A stretch of 62,920 bases of DNA, counting the filler, from Octopus bimaculoides (lineage: Eukaryota), in the NCBI RefSeq assembly GCF_001194135.2. It is 3 parts of 3 records of this genome, joined end to end, with 100 filler letters (N's around TTAATTAATTAA, not from the genome) between each part and the next. Parts side by side here need not be neighbours in the genome. Positions count along the whole stretch, not along the records: positions 28,872 to 59,345 come from NC_069000.1; positions 59,446 to 62,920 come from NC_068986.1; 1 more part is not named here. One strand, 5' to 3'. Position numbers and translations under genes: made by a program. How positions within the stretch are numbered: position 1 is the first letter of the stretch; the number at the start of each line of letters is the position of its first letter. Positions 50,464 to 62,920 of the stretch are shown piece after piece. The notes under the pieces are model-generated. The model was not told where the DNA came from. It saw only the letters and a program-made list of their open reading frames with translations, and did no database searches.

Positions 50464-52363
50464 TTGTGTTACCCTTTGCTACCGGTGGAATCTGTATGGA
50501 ATTTTATGCGCTACATCATAGAGAGGGTGGGTAACGAAATTGGCATGGATGGGTCTCTAATCAATTTAGATGAACCTAAAGCTTTTGATAGGGTCGGCCA
50601 TCAATACTTAGCGGCTGTCCTCAGAGCAGCTGGTTTAGGGACGGCTTACCGCGGTTGGATCGCTGCTTTATACAGCAGCATCTGTTTGATTGTTCGGGTG
50701 AATGGTCACCTGATGGAGCCATTCAGCATCTTGCATTCGGTCCGTCATGGGTACCCTCTCTCCTCCATTCTCTATGTACTGACTCTTGAGCCATTACTGC
50801 GGAAATCAGAGGATTTCAGGGGTATCCCGCGTGATCTAGGATGTGGCAGAAGTGTGTCTGCTTACGCTGATGATGTCACCGTCATAGTGTCAAACCACAG
50901 GAATATGGGCCTGACTGGCGAAACACTAAAAGAATATGAAGTGGTGAAAGGAGCAAAAATTAACGCAGAACAGTCAGTGAGTTTGCAACTCGGCATCAGC
51001 AGAGGCAAGTCCATGCCGTCCAACAGCGTGGTGGGGCGCTGGACATAGGGTCCCGTTAAGTTGTTCGGAGTTTGGTTTCGTCCGAACTCCCAGGTGGAGA
51101 AGAAAAGAGTAGCCAATCTCACCTAGAAATGGGCCGAGAGAAAGCTGTCCCTGAAAGGTCGAGCAGAGGTGACGAATGCGTACATCGCATCTGTCATCTA
51201 TTACCGCTTGACTGTCGTTCCTTGTCCTGTAATCTAGTTGACCAAGCTGGTACGCTTACTCTTCCGCTTTCTGCGAAAGGGGCGCGTTGCACTGGTCAGG
51301 CGCTCCATCTGCTGTTAACAGCCCCTGAATGAAGGGCTGGGTATGCCGTGGTTGCTGATGCACAGACATGCGCTGAAGTTGCGGCATCTTCAGCGTTTCC
51401 TTGACGGTAAGCAGATGTGGTCACCGTTTGTAAGACACGCTTTTCCACTACTCGTCTCTTTGATTGAGTTGCAATCCTGGATTAGGCGTAGACTGAGGGC
51501 GGACGCTTGGCACCTCGAGCGGCGTCAAGCACTCACAGCCCTCTGACAGCCAGGCAATGCGGTCGATGGTAGTTCTACTCTAGCATTCTATTGGTCCATT
51601 TCGGAGAACTTTCGGGCCTGGGCCTATGAACAAGTTCCAAAACTCACTTGCCTGGCATTGTTACCGAGGGGTGCTGTCTCTTCAAGATAAAGTTTATAGG
51701 CATGCAAGTGCCATCAGCCGGGCTTGCCCGCGGTGCGCCCAGAACGATGAAACCCTTCTGCACGCCCTAGTCCAGTGCCCGAGTATTGCTGACCTGTGGG
51801 TTTATGTCGAATACCTGCTGTCACGTGTAAGACGGATCCGGCTATCAGCTGAATCCATTGTGAAGATGCCTCACTGCCCTCTTTTTTCCGAGAGGGGAAG
51901 GCAATTTTTATTTGTCTAGTGGCTGTAGCAAAAGAGGTAGTAGACCCGTTTGAAAGGGCTAAAGACAGACACATTCCTCTTTGGCCAAGCCCTCATCAAC
52001 TTTTTCAAGTTTCTCTTAGAAAGTATGTTGAGGGTGGAGAGGGAAGTGTTGCCTTGTAGCACGTTTGTTAAAAGGTGGGTGAATGTTGGTAGAATGGCCA
52101 GTGTGAAAGGACCAATTCTGAGAGTGCACCTGTAAACAAAAGGAGACGGGCTCTTGTCCTGTTGTTTAGGCACCCATGAGTTTTGTGGGATTTTTCACGA
52201 GGTCCTTAATGCGCCTCTCCTAATGGGAGTTTTAAATTGTTTAATTTTAATTGTTATTATATTGTTTACACGTTGTAAACCCATTGTATCGTCCTGTTTT
52301 TGTCTTTTATGTTGTTGTGTGTTTTATTCTAATTTTATGTAAGTCCTTGTTGCCAATAAACGA

Positions 52364-52370
<7 letters not shown>
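50464..52370 (+). mobile_element. Tx1/L1-clade LINE, 5'-truncated ORF2 (RT to C-terminal CCHC-like region), 3' UTR, poly(A) signal and (TTA)n tail; disrupted
   Basis: INLDEPKAFDRVGHQYL..VRVNGHLMEPF..SVRHGYPLSSILYVLTLEPLL..YADDVT; CPRCAQNDETLLHALVQCP; aataaa near 52355 then TTA repeats; in-frame stops and frameshifts. Confidence 0.92.
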
Positions 52371-52442
<72 letters not shown>

Positions 52443-53289
52443 TCCCTCCCCCAAAGTTGCTGGCCTTGTGCCAAAATTTGAAATTATTATCATGTATGAG
52501 TTTTTCTGAGGAGTTGTTAAGATTTTGTTATTTAATATATGCGTGTAATACTGAGATCCGCTTTTCACTTTATAATGCTAATCAATATCCAATACTATCT
52601 CATTAATGATATTATTATAAAGAGCAGGGTTTGCATGAATCCTGATTAGAGTTATACAATTAAAAACGGTTCTATAGTTGCTGTGATTACATTGATGCTA
52701 AATCCAGGATTTTATGATGGCAATCCAGAATTCTCTAGATTGCATTGGCAATGCATATTGGATCAAAACACCCATGAACTAAAGAACTAATCAGAATATC
52801 TCTAATTAATTTGGATTTTATTAATAGAAAGTCAATTAAATTTCAATTAATGTCTTGGAGCATTAAACACTGAGGCTTCATTCATTGGCACCACGCCACC
52901 CACATGAATAGGATGAGATATCGGCTACATATGATTGAACCAAATTCACTTCATAACAAGGATGACAATATACGTGGCCAATGGACTTGAAAGAAATAAG
53001 TGTTAACTTTTTCTTAAACGACATTGTGGTATCTTAAAACCCGAAGGATACATCTCGCGATACACTATAGCTTTAAAAATTTGCCCTTATTGTTACATTT
53101 AGAGTTTCTATGGATTTTATTCATGGCGACTTAGTTTTCTAAGAGAATCAACCAAATTTATACCCCGAAGTAAAGTTCATGTCACTTATAGAGAACTCAG
53201 AAGTGAATTGTTTATGCCAGACAAGTGAATTGTTCGTACCAGAAATCCATGTGCAAATATAACAAGGATTTTCTCTGGTTTTCAAAATT

Positions 53290-53390
53290 GGGGCATTACA
53301 TATGACACTAAAGGGGCATTACATATGACACTAAAGGGGCATTACATATGACACTAAAGGGGCATTACATATGACACTAAAGGGGCATTA
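53290..53390. repeat. Perfect 23-bp minisatellite, 4.4 copies
   Basis: Unit ggggcattacatatgacactaaa at 53290, 53313, 53336, 53359 and partial at 53382. Confidence 0.95.
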
Positions 53391-54559
53391 ACGTCGGTAT
53401 TTAACTATTTGACCGGATGAATATGGAAGTTAAATATTCCCACATCATCTTAAATTTCATCCTTAACTAAAATCTCATCCATAAAGTCTCAAGACGGAAA
53501 AACACATTTAACAATGCATTCTAGATACACTATATCTGAAAAAGACAGGCTGATTATGACTTAGACGCATTTCACCAGAAGTCTACTTGATCAGCATTAA
53601 TGAGAGAATGAGTAAAAAAAATTATTCAGCCATAATTCGAACTCAAAATATAGAGGGACAAAATTAAAATAGTACAAGTTATTTATTCGGACACTGTACG
53701 ACATCTGGTACATCATTGACGTTGGAGTATTAGATTTTAGACCCGACTCCTGATGTAAAATCGTATCAGTTTATAATTGTAAATAAAATTTCATGTATAA
53801 CTACAGTACACCAGACATTAATAGTCAGAGGTTTCTATACACTGTACTAAAAATAATTGACAAAGTAAACTGTTACAGTCCATAAATATGAATACACGCA
53901 CCGTAATGGAGCACACGCAATTCTTTTTATCTATAATAACCACAGAATGTTACATTACTCCTGTATCTTGTGGGTGAATAATATACACAATTGTAGAAAG
54001 GTAGCATGTCAGATACATTGCACCAAGATATTATTTCTACGAAAGTCACACATTTTTGGATGAGGAAACAGTCGTTTATTTATTCAATTATTTGTGCTTC
54101 ATTTCATAGAACCGGAAAGATAGAAGGAAAAGTCTATTACCGCGAGATTTTAACTCACGATGCAAATAACTGTAAGTAAACGCTGTAAGACATGTGTATA
54201 CGGTACGTGTACCAAGTTATGAAGAGAAATCATTGAGTCACAATGCACTGATCTATTTATAGACATCTTCGTGGATCACAATCCACTTGGCTTAATATAG
54301 CTAACATGGATGTTACAGATCTGTTGTTATTATATTTTTTTTTTCCTTTAACAGTTTCAGCCAATTAGAGGCACTGTCATTGTGGTGGTGAATATTGAGT
54401 TTAGGTAGAAATGATGCAGTTTTAATTACACACTGCTGGTAGTGAATGCCATCTGGTTGTTAGTACGAAGGTGCCCTGAAAAAGAGAATCAACGAAAGTG
54501 TAAATAGGTATCTCATAGTCATAGACTATACGTAGTTCTATGAAAGTGCCATGTTGTAA

Positions 54560-55600
54560 TAGCGTCTAGCTGGCTGTAAATTTGTAGCCTTGATCGGGTA
54601 TATCTTAACATGGCTTAAACAAGATTTGTGAAGACGCATAGCGTCATTGATTGTAAATATGAACCTTGTAAATCTACAATTACCTAGGTATACATGCTCC
54701 CTTATTTACTGCCCTCGAAAGGTTCACGATGACCGGTTTCACAATCCTCATTATTGTAATTGAAAGTGAAAGGATTTCTCTGATGTAATTAATATCTCAA
54801 CGGGAATATCACAAGATGACAGCCTACCACTACTGTTTATATTAGGTCTAAATTGACTATCACGTTTTCAACGAGAATCCACCGGTTATATCTTAGAGTC
54901 TGCAGCAAAAAGACGCACAGATATAACCCATACTTTCTTCGTAGATGATCTAAATATCTATGCCCGAAATATTTGCAATGCAACAGAAGAGGTGGATTTA
55001 ATTACATTTTCTGCTGATAGAAAAATGTTCGTCTGTGATAACTGAACAAAGAAAACCGTTCTCCAAACTCTAAATCTATGTGACAATGGCCCCTCTATCT
55101 CCCTTGTTCTGCAAAATGAGTACTATAGATACATAGGTATTTGTGAAAATTTTTTATTAAGGATATAACCATGTACTCATCGAAGTGCCAGCTCCTCTTG
55201 AGATATAATGCTGTTTTTTTAAACAATAGAAAATGACATCCACAGATAAAACTTCACTGGGATAAATATAACACTCATGCTATATATACATATCATCACA
55301 ATGAATGCTGGTGAAACATTCCCATCAAAACTTCCTTCTATCAAATGCAAGCATACCAAATGTAACAGTTATTTGGGATTGAAAAAAAAATCATGTACTG
55401 TCAACAGATGTGAACAGCTCTTCCCAGATCACCGTGATGAAGTATAGCTAAGGAAAACTAATTCAAAACCGGCAACGCTTCTAAACTGATATTGAATTTA
55501 GATTTATATTAACAATCACTGGTGCACTCAGTTATTTCAGTAAACACCTGAACTACAACCTAGAAGAGATGGGATTTTCAAGCTAAGAAAGAGATCATTT
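54560..55600 (+). mobile_element. R4/Dong-type RLE LINE remnant (RT core plus RLE), heavily deleted
   Basis: SDVINISTGISQDDSLPLLFILGLN*LS..DITHTFFVDDLNIYA (FFVDD at 54935-54949); YYRYIGI; C-terminal ITGALSYFSKHLNYNLEEMGF. Confidence 0.7.
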
Positions 55601-55922
55601 AACACGGATTGATGCAATCTGCAAGTGGGAAAAAAACATGCGTAAGACATTTTAAAAGTTCGATACATGACAATTCCCGTCGTTGTAATCCAAGTTCTTG
55701 AGCTAGAGATTTAGTTTCTTTCTTCAAAACTAGTTCCAATATTCTAGAGGGAATATTAATGAATAAAAAGGAGAAAACATACAAATATATACTCAATGAG
55801 AGGAAATTTTGTGAAATACTAGCATTGGGCATGTATATTTATCTATGCATGTATGAACGAATGTATCTACGGATATTTGATTATATACATATACATATAT
55901 ATATTTCTTTATATGTGTGTGT

Positions 55923-55967
<45 letters not shown>

Positions 55968-56148
55968 CAATCTTATACCACTTTATTCGAGGTATTTACC
56001 TTCCGGGTAGTGGAATATATTATTCAAAGTAGCCTTCGTTCTACACTTCTTGCGAAAGGATAAAGTTTTGTTGCTATTTAACGGAAACAGAACAATACAC
56101 GCACGCACACAGACACGCACATATGCATACATACGAACATACATACAT

Positions 56149-56187
<39 letters not shown>

Positions 56188-56564
56188 CATATANNNNNNN
56201 NNNNNNNNNNNNNNNNNNNNNNNNNNNNNNNNNNNNNNNNNNNNNNNNNNNNNNNNNNNNNNNNNNNNNNNNNNNNNNNNNNNNNNNNNNNNNNNNNNNN
56301 NNNNNNNNNNNNNNNNNNNNNNNNNNNNNNNNNNNNNNNNNNNNNNNNNNNNNNNNNNNNNNNNNNNNNNNNNNNNNNNNNNNNNNNNNNNNNNNNNNNN
56401 NNNNNNNNNNNNNNNNNNNNNNNNNNNNNNNNNNNNNNNNNNNNNNNNNNNNNNNNNNNNNNNNNNNNNNNNNNNNNNNNNNNNNNNNNNNNNNNNNNNN
56501 NNNNNNNNNNNNNNNNNNNNNNNNNNNNNNNNNNNNNNNNNNNNNNNNNNNNNNNNNNNNNNNN

Positions 56565-56647
<83 letters not shown>

Positions 56648-56691
56648 ACGCTTTATTGCAGGTCAAATTGTTTTTGATATTTCGAATATTA

Positions 56692-58052
56692 ACTATTGTA
56701 CAATCGTTCAACTTGGACCACTAAAGGCTCTACTGTACCCAGTGAACATTTCAATCATATTGATAAGTTACATTCAAAGTTATGTTGAGTTATACTTTTT
56801 GAAGTGCTTTCAACTGTGTTACTCTTTATTGCAGGTGTACGAAAATGTCTATTTAAGGTAATGAAACAAAGTATTATCGTCATATTACCATCTTATAATA
56901 ATGAAACACTCTACCGAAGAACAGCAACAAAAGATATGAAGCAAACAATTAAATTGCTGTACTATATTTGTCTGTGCAACTTCCTTGTTTAGAAACGATA
57001 ACAACCAGTCTTTTGTCAACAGAAGTTTGGATGAAAACTGGATACCGCATTCATCCTCTTTCCTCTTCAAGATCGATCGGTGCTGTTCGATAGGGTTTGG
57101 GTTAGGAGAACAGGGAGGCCAAATCCTGAGTGATTGGCCTATGATACTCAAAGTTGCGAGGTAGGAAGTTATAGCCGTGGCTGAATGCGAAAGAGCATTG
57201 GCATGCATAAAAATCAATCGCTGTTGACGTGAGAGTGGCAGATCATCTGACCATACTGCAAAATGCTCCTCCAGAAACGCTGTGTAGGAGTTGCTGGTGA
57301 GTCTGATACATTCTGGTAGTCAGAAAGTACTGACAAATTCATTTCCTGTGATTCCCGCCCAAAACATGACACAACCACCTCCTTGTTGATCCCGAATGCG
57401 CTGCGGAGGAGAGGCTACAAGTGGTACCTAAGCTTTGGCCCATCAGTTGGGGCCATCCTGAGTAGCTGTGGCCTCATCCTTGAAGAGGACATCTTAGAAA
57501 TGATTCTTCACGTATTTCCGTTCCCAATCAATTCGCTTCTCATTGTGGTTCTTGCTTAGGATGGATATAGTGATGCAGTTAAACACATCTGGCCGTCTCT
57601 TTAAGGATCCTACCCCGGGTGCTTCTGGACAAAGGAGCAATCCCAACACTTTCAAATCTGGCAGCACTTGCGCTACAACGGTCCTTTTTTACTTGTCTAC
57701 CTGTTTTTACGGATGTCACGCTGGAATGCACTCCTTCTTGTATTTTTATCTTGCCTTGGTTTGGTGATGGTGTTTCCAATGTTCTTGTATCCCGACCAAG
57801 CTCTTAGGTTAATTCTCCCACAAATAAGCCACCTGCTAGACCTACAACCATCCGCATCTTCTCTGTAGCTGTCTGACGTCGTTTCAGGGGAATTTTCGTA
57901 CGCCTGCAATGTAGCGTGACACAGCTGAAAACACTTCAAAATACACAACTCAACATAACTTAGTATCTAGCTAATCAATACGATTGAAATGTTCACTGCT
58001 GAAGTACCTACCTAGGATCTTTCAACAGACCGAGTTTCACGTTTGTACAGTG
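56692..58052 (-). mobile_element. Near full-length Tc1 (DD34E-type) transposon with about 130-bp TIRs, inactivated
   Basis: VLFKDEATATQDGP..QQGGGCVMFWAGI; IFMHANALSHSA; WPPCSPNPNPIEQ; cagtgaacatttcaatc..gaagtgctttcaactgtgtt (56740-56820) is inverted at 57917-57998. Confidence 0.88.
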
Positions 58053-58266
58053 TGTAATGTTCAAAATATCAACAAAAGTTTGACTTGTAAGATATATAAA
58101 TAAATATANNNNNNNNNNNNNNNNNNNNNNNNNNNNNNNNNNNNNNNNNNNNNNNNNNNNNNNNNNNNNNNNNNNNNNNNNNNNNNNNNNNNNNNNNNNN
58201 NNNNNNNNNNNNNNNNNNNNNNNNNNNNNNNNNNNNNNNNNNNNNNNNNNNNNNNNNNNNNNNNNN

Positions 58267-58315
<49 letters not shown>

Positions 58316-58316
58316 C

Positions 58317-58349
<33 letters not shown>

Positions 58350-58412
58350 ACATATATGTACATATATATAAAAATATATGTATATATGTATATATATTTA
58401 TGTGTGTGTGTG

Positions 58413-58446
<34 letters not shown>

Positions 58447-58504
58447 TGTATATGCATGTATATGTATATATATATATATATTAACATGTATGTATATATA
58501 CTCT

Positions 58505-58900
58505 CTTTTACTTGTTTCAGTCATTGGACTGCGGCCATCCTGGAGCACCGCCTTTAGTTGAGCAAATCGACCCCATGACTTATTCTTTGTAAGCCTAGTA
58601 CTTATTCTATCGGTCTCTTGCCGAACTGCTAGATTACGGGGACGTAAATGCACCAGCATCGGTTGACAAGCGATGTTGGGGGGACAAACACAAACACACA
58701 AGCATATACACGCACATACATATATATACATACATATATACGACGGGCTTCTTTTAGTTTCCGTCTACCAAATCCACTCACAACGCTTTGGTCGGCCCGA
58801 GGCTATAGTACAAGACACTTGCCCAAGGTGCCACGCAGTGGAACTGAACCCGAAACCATATGGTTCGTAAGCAAGCTACTTGGTTCGTAAGCAAGTTACT
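58505..58900 (-). mobile_element. Full-length SINE family C/D with internal CA/TA microsatellite
   Basis: D half 58505-58700, spacer, C half 58741-58900; 20-bp tandem duplication tggttcgtaagcaagctact near the head. Confidence 0.9.
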
Positions 58901-59345
58901 ACATTTATATATATGTATGTGTGTGTGTGCGTGTGTCTGTGTGTGTGTGTCTGTGTGTATGTATGTATACGCATAAATGTCTGTGTATATACTCATATAA
59001 TGTCCACGTTATTAGACGGAACACGAACTTGACCAGTCAATATAATGCAGGGTATGAAATATAACTGTAAATCGGTCCAGGTTGACTGTTCAACGACAGA
59101 CTATAAGATTCACAGGAAGAAGAGCTGATATTTATAGCCATGTGTTGTGGAGGTACAGATGAGCAAGAAGAACGGAGATTTATAAATATCTACTTCTTCC
59201 TGTGAAACTGATAGCCTGCCGGTGGATGGTCAACTTCTATATATTTTATATACATCTTATATACATATATGTATACATACAAATATACACGCATAGGCAC
59301 AAACGCACGTGCATGCACATATGTATATATATATACTTTATATAT

Positions 59346-59445
59346 NNNNNNNNNNNNNNNNNNNNNNNNNNNNNNNNNNNNNNNNNNNNTTAATTAATTA
59401 ANNNNNNNNNNNNNNNNNNNNNNNNNNNNNNNNNNNNNNNNNNNN
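59346..59445. other. Artificial scaffold spacer (44 N + TTAATTAATTAA + 44 N)
   Basis: Identical to 28772-28871. Confidence 0.9.
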
Positions 59446-60039
59446 TATATATATATATATATATATATGTTATGATCTGTACAACCTGGAGCTGAAGGAA
59501 CCAGTACAAATTACGAAAGCAGGAAACGCTATAGAATAATGAGAATATAAGTGTGTGTGAAATAAATCCATACATTATCCCATGTATAAAAACAACCGTT
59601 TACTTTTGTTCGTGCCTATTTTTTGCTCTCGAATTTAGCTCTAATCATCGATCGTTGATCAATGTATTAAATATTTATTCGAGAAGTGAATTGAGTCTAT
59701 TATGTTACTTGTTCTTATTGTATAAGTAAAACAAGTTAGACTACGGCCGCATTTTTAAATGCTTATTTTCAAAGTTTTTTTAGTTTAGTCAGGAGTAAGG
59801 TTAGTGCCTACGACTATCAGGTCCTCCGAACTGATAGTGAAGGATAGAGGATCGTACCCTCAAACCAAAAACCTAGCCAGAAAGCTCTCAATAGAATGGG
59901 CTTGACTACACTTATCCAAGTTGTCAAGTAGTTCAGTTCTACCACCGAGAACACAATAAGATGAAACTACTTCCGCGAAGTACCCAGTCTGACGGTCTTA
60001 CATTCTCACCAATCTATCACCTTCGATGAATACTTTGCT

Positions 60040-60145
60040 AATCAATCCAGAAAAGATGAAAGGTAAAGTTGACCTCGACGGAATTTTGGGGAAAAGAGTC
60101 GGAACAAATACCGCGAAGCATTCTGTTCGACTGTTTAACGACTAA
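60040..60145 (-). mobile_element. SINE family A fragment, diverged
   Basis: gaaaagatgaaaggtaaagttgacctcgacggaatt..aaataccgcgaagcatt. Confidence 0.65.
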
Positions 60146-60179
60146 AGTAGCTTATCACGTAATATGTTGGTGATATCTT

Positions 60180-60376
60180 TTATCTTTAACTTGTTTCAGT
60201 CAAATAACTGCGGTCAAGCTGGAGCACCGCTTTGAAGGGTTTAGTCGAATAAATCGATCCCAGTAATTGCTTTAAGTACGTTACTTATTCTATTGGCTCT
60301 TTTGCCGAACCACTATGTTACAACAAATGGTGTGTTTCGGAACAAGCACACAGAAGTAGAGACACAGGAACGCGCG

Positions 60377-60429
<53 letters not shown>

Positions 60430-60575
60430 TGAGCTACTCACAGTTTCTACTAAATTCACCTATATGCCATTGACCGGAGGGAGCTATAATAGAAGACACT
60501 TGACCACGGTAACCCGTAGTGGCACTGAACTCGAGACAAGATGATTATAAAGTGAGTTTCTTAACCACACAACCA
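60180..60575 (-). mobile_element. SINE family C/D with internal (CA)n
   Basis: D half ttaacttgtttcagtcaaataactgcggtc.., (CA)n at about 60380-60426, C half to ttcttaaccacacaacc. Confidence 0.8.
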
Positions 60576-61814
60576 TGTATTTATGTTTGTCATAGGAACT
60601 CAAAAAGATACAAATATACAAAAGTGGTATTTCTAAAATAACATTTCGAATTACATTTATTTCGATTTACTCCTCTCAAGCACAAATTTAATGCATTTCT
60701 CAAGAGATTTTCTTGAAACAATTCAAACGATCGCATAAATTTTATACCTCGTTAAAGAAACCTAATGTTTCGAGCAAAACTTTCAGTTGAAATTATATCT
60801 CTCCAACAAAAGCTTCTTTTCCCTGGCATATAATTTAATCCAAAGTTTAATATGTATACAGTATATATTTAACCGATGTTAAACACCACTAGCTTCCTCG
60901 GGCTCTACTCATTTATTACATATAAGATATTTTAGAAGCCTGTGTTCCGAAGCAATATGGATGCATAAACAATGGTAGTTAATACTTTATTCGTTATGGA
61001 ATTAAACATACTTTGCTTCTCTAATAAAAATGTTTTATATTTAAAAATATATATATAAAATATTTTCTAAAATATCTTATATTTCTGATATAAACTTGCG
61101 AACTTAAGATTGACGAGTCTGTATAGTATCAGAATAGAAACTGATGTTTCTATCATATCATTTGCATTGCTGTATATATGTAGTAAAACTATTCTAAATT
61201 ATCTGCTCGACCTTGATATAAAAAGAAAATGTTTACAAACGATATGACCCACTGCTTAAACAACAAGGGTTCTGTAAAATTAATGAGTATCTTGTTTGTT
61301 TACTACGATCAAATTCTCCAGTCAGTTTGCAGAATACAATAGAATAACTCTTCAGCATATTACTTGAGATATTTTATTGATATTTATTGTATACCTCACC
61401 TGGAGTCAGCAAACAGTTATAAACTTATTAATATAAACGTAGAATACTGGGGTATTTTGGAAGAGATGAGAAATAAGTTACATGATTAATAATCCCCCTG
61501 AGGCTATGTAAATATAGTGAATTAAATTCTACTTCGAAACGAAACTGTTCAGTAGATGCTGTGTCTTGCTTTCTTATAACTGATTACAAAACTAATTAAA
61601 TCATAGAAGAGTGGTTATAGCTGGCAGAGCTTGATGTAAGTATTAATGGGCTGCAAAAACCCCGATCAGTTGAGAATAAGTTAACTCATTGTTTCTAATT
61701 ATAACACAATACGTTCGCTTGAGATATTTTCCGTCAATCATGTAAAACCTACAGTCGATTAAATAAACACCAGGATATGACTGGTGGTTATTCTATGGTA
61801 TAAGGAGGACAAGT

Positions 61815-62005
61815 AGATGGCTGACTCTTCAGAGCATCGGACAAAATGTCTTGTGGGCATTTGTTCCGGCTCTTTACGTTCCGAGTTCAAATCTCATCAA
61901 AGGTCAATCTTATCTCATCCTTCCTTGGTCGATAAAATTACGTTACTGGGATCACGGTATCAACTCCTAAAAATTGCCGGTCCTCCGCCTAAATTAGAAA
62001 TCATC
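61815..62005 (+). mobile_element. SINE family A, highly diverged
   Basis: ctttacgttccgagttcaaatc..catccttccttggtcgataaaatt..aaaaattgccggtcctccgcctaaattagaaa. Confidence 0.55.
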
Positions 62006-62395
62006 CTGAGGAGTATGGAAGCATGAAATACAATGAAAACCACTGTTATATTTAACTTCAGAAAAAAGTAAATGGCATTAATGATTGATTCACCTGACCT
62101 CAGTCCACTCGTCCTCTACTAACCTTTTGTAGTTATTCCCCTGCCCATGTTTTTCTTACAGAAACCGAGTTGCATCTACTAAAGACAATCTCAACTGTCT
62201 CAACGTTAGCAGTATTGGAGTCCAACAACATAATGGGTCAGACACTTTCCCACCCAACAAAATGATTTGAAAATACACCAACCTATCGTCACTAATAATT
62301 ACTTAAATAATATTTTACCTTCTTTATTCATCTCCAATTTTATCCTAGTTTCAGATTGAGATTGATAATTTCTTTTTCATTTTCTTCCATTACAG

Positions 62396-62428
62396 AAAGT
62401 CATTCAATCTGGCGAAGGAATTACTAAG
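62396..62428 (+). CDS. Candidate 33-nt exon (KVIQSGEGITK in phase 0 or KSFNLAKELL in phase 2), unverified
   Basis: Strong pyrimidine tract tttctttttcattttcttccattacag, AAG|gtgagg donor, multiple of 3, unique flanks. Confidence 0.3.
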
Positions 62429-62920
62429 GTGAGGATTAAAAAAATATTTATCACATGCACACTCATATTTGCTATCTTACTGTATAACTGATATATGATT
62501 TTGCGAGTCTTGGAAGCATATAGGGCAATTTCAGGATCAGTATAAAAACGAAAAGAGGCAGATGTTTAAACTCAAGTCAGGCTTTATCGATCAGACGCAG
62601 GATCTAAGGTGCTACTATCACTTTTATTTCTATCATTATCTCATACTTATATCACTCGATAAGTGCGTTAACAATGTACGTGTCAGTGGAGTAAGCAGTA
62701 AACTAAGATGAAACCGACGACGACACATTCATCTTTACTAGAATGTGTGAATGAGAATGCTTTTTATGAAGAAGTATATATATATATTTCGTATGTGTAT
62801 TTCGTGTGCAAGATTCTTGATGTGGATACGTGTGTTGAAAGAAATGCAATTAAACCTTGGGAGAGGCATTATGCCGGTGATAAACACACGCACTGGTTCA
62901 GTCCTTTATTAATTTATATA

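Noticed and set aside
50464-51048. 194-aa RT ORF as a functional or domesticated gene
   Set aside because: Substitutions in conserved motifs (QG to HG), a stop and frameshifts downstream, 5' truncation and a LINE tail indicate a dead copy.
53290-53390. CRISPR-like array
   Set aside because: Units are contiguous with no spacers, the context is eukaryotic, and there are no cas genes.
60765-60790. Minus-strand CTGAAAGTTTTGCTCGAAAC hammerhead-like string
   Set aside because: It lacks G8-A9, stem II and stem I pairing.

Overview
AT-rich eukaryotic draft-assembly window with about 5.6 kb of N gaps and no recognisable intact host gene. The density of CA/TA/GATA/TTA microsatellites and the tRNA-derived SINE families resemble octopus (coleoid cephalopod) genomic DNA; this taxonomic call is inference from recalled repeat consensus sequences. 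Content is dominated by four SINE families, labelled here A, B, C/D and E, several with clear target-site duplications (TSDs). Decayed autonomous elements include Tx1/L1-clade LINE fragments, three restriction-like-endonuclease (R4/Dong-type) LINE fragments, a CR1-type 3' end, three Penelope-like fragments, mariner and Tc1 DNA transposons, a Tigger-like end and several MITE/foldback elements. Almost all ORFs in the supplied track are microsatellite or gap artefacts. The best leads are: (1) minimal hammerhead-ribozyme-like folds with non-canonical cores in a small TA-flanked repeat family and at 2949-2996; (2) a shared 3' tail between SINE C/D and the CR1-type LINE; (3) modular tail swapping in SINE A and SINE B; (4) unverified small-exon candidates on both strands.
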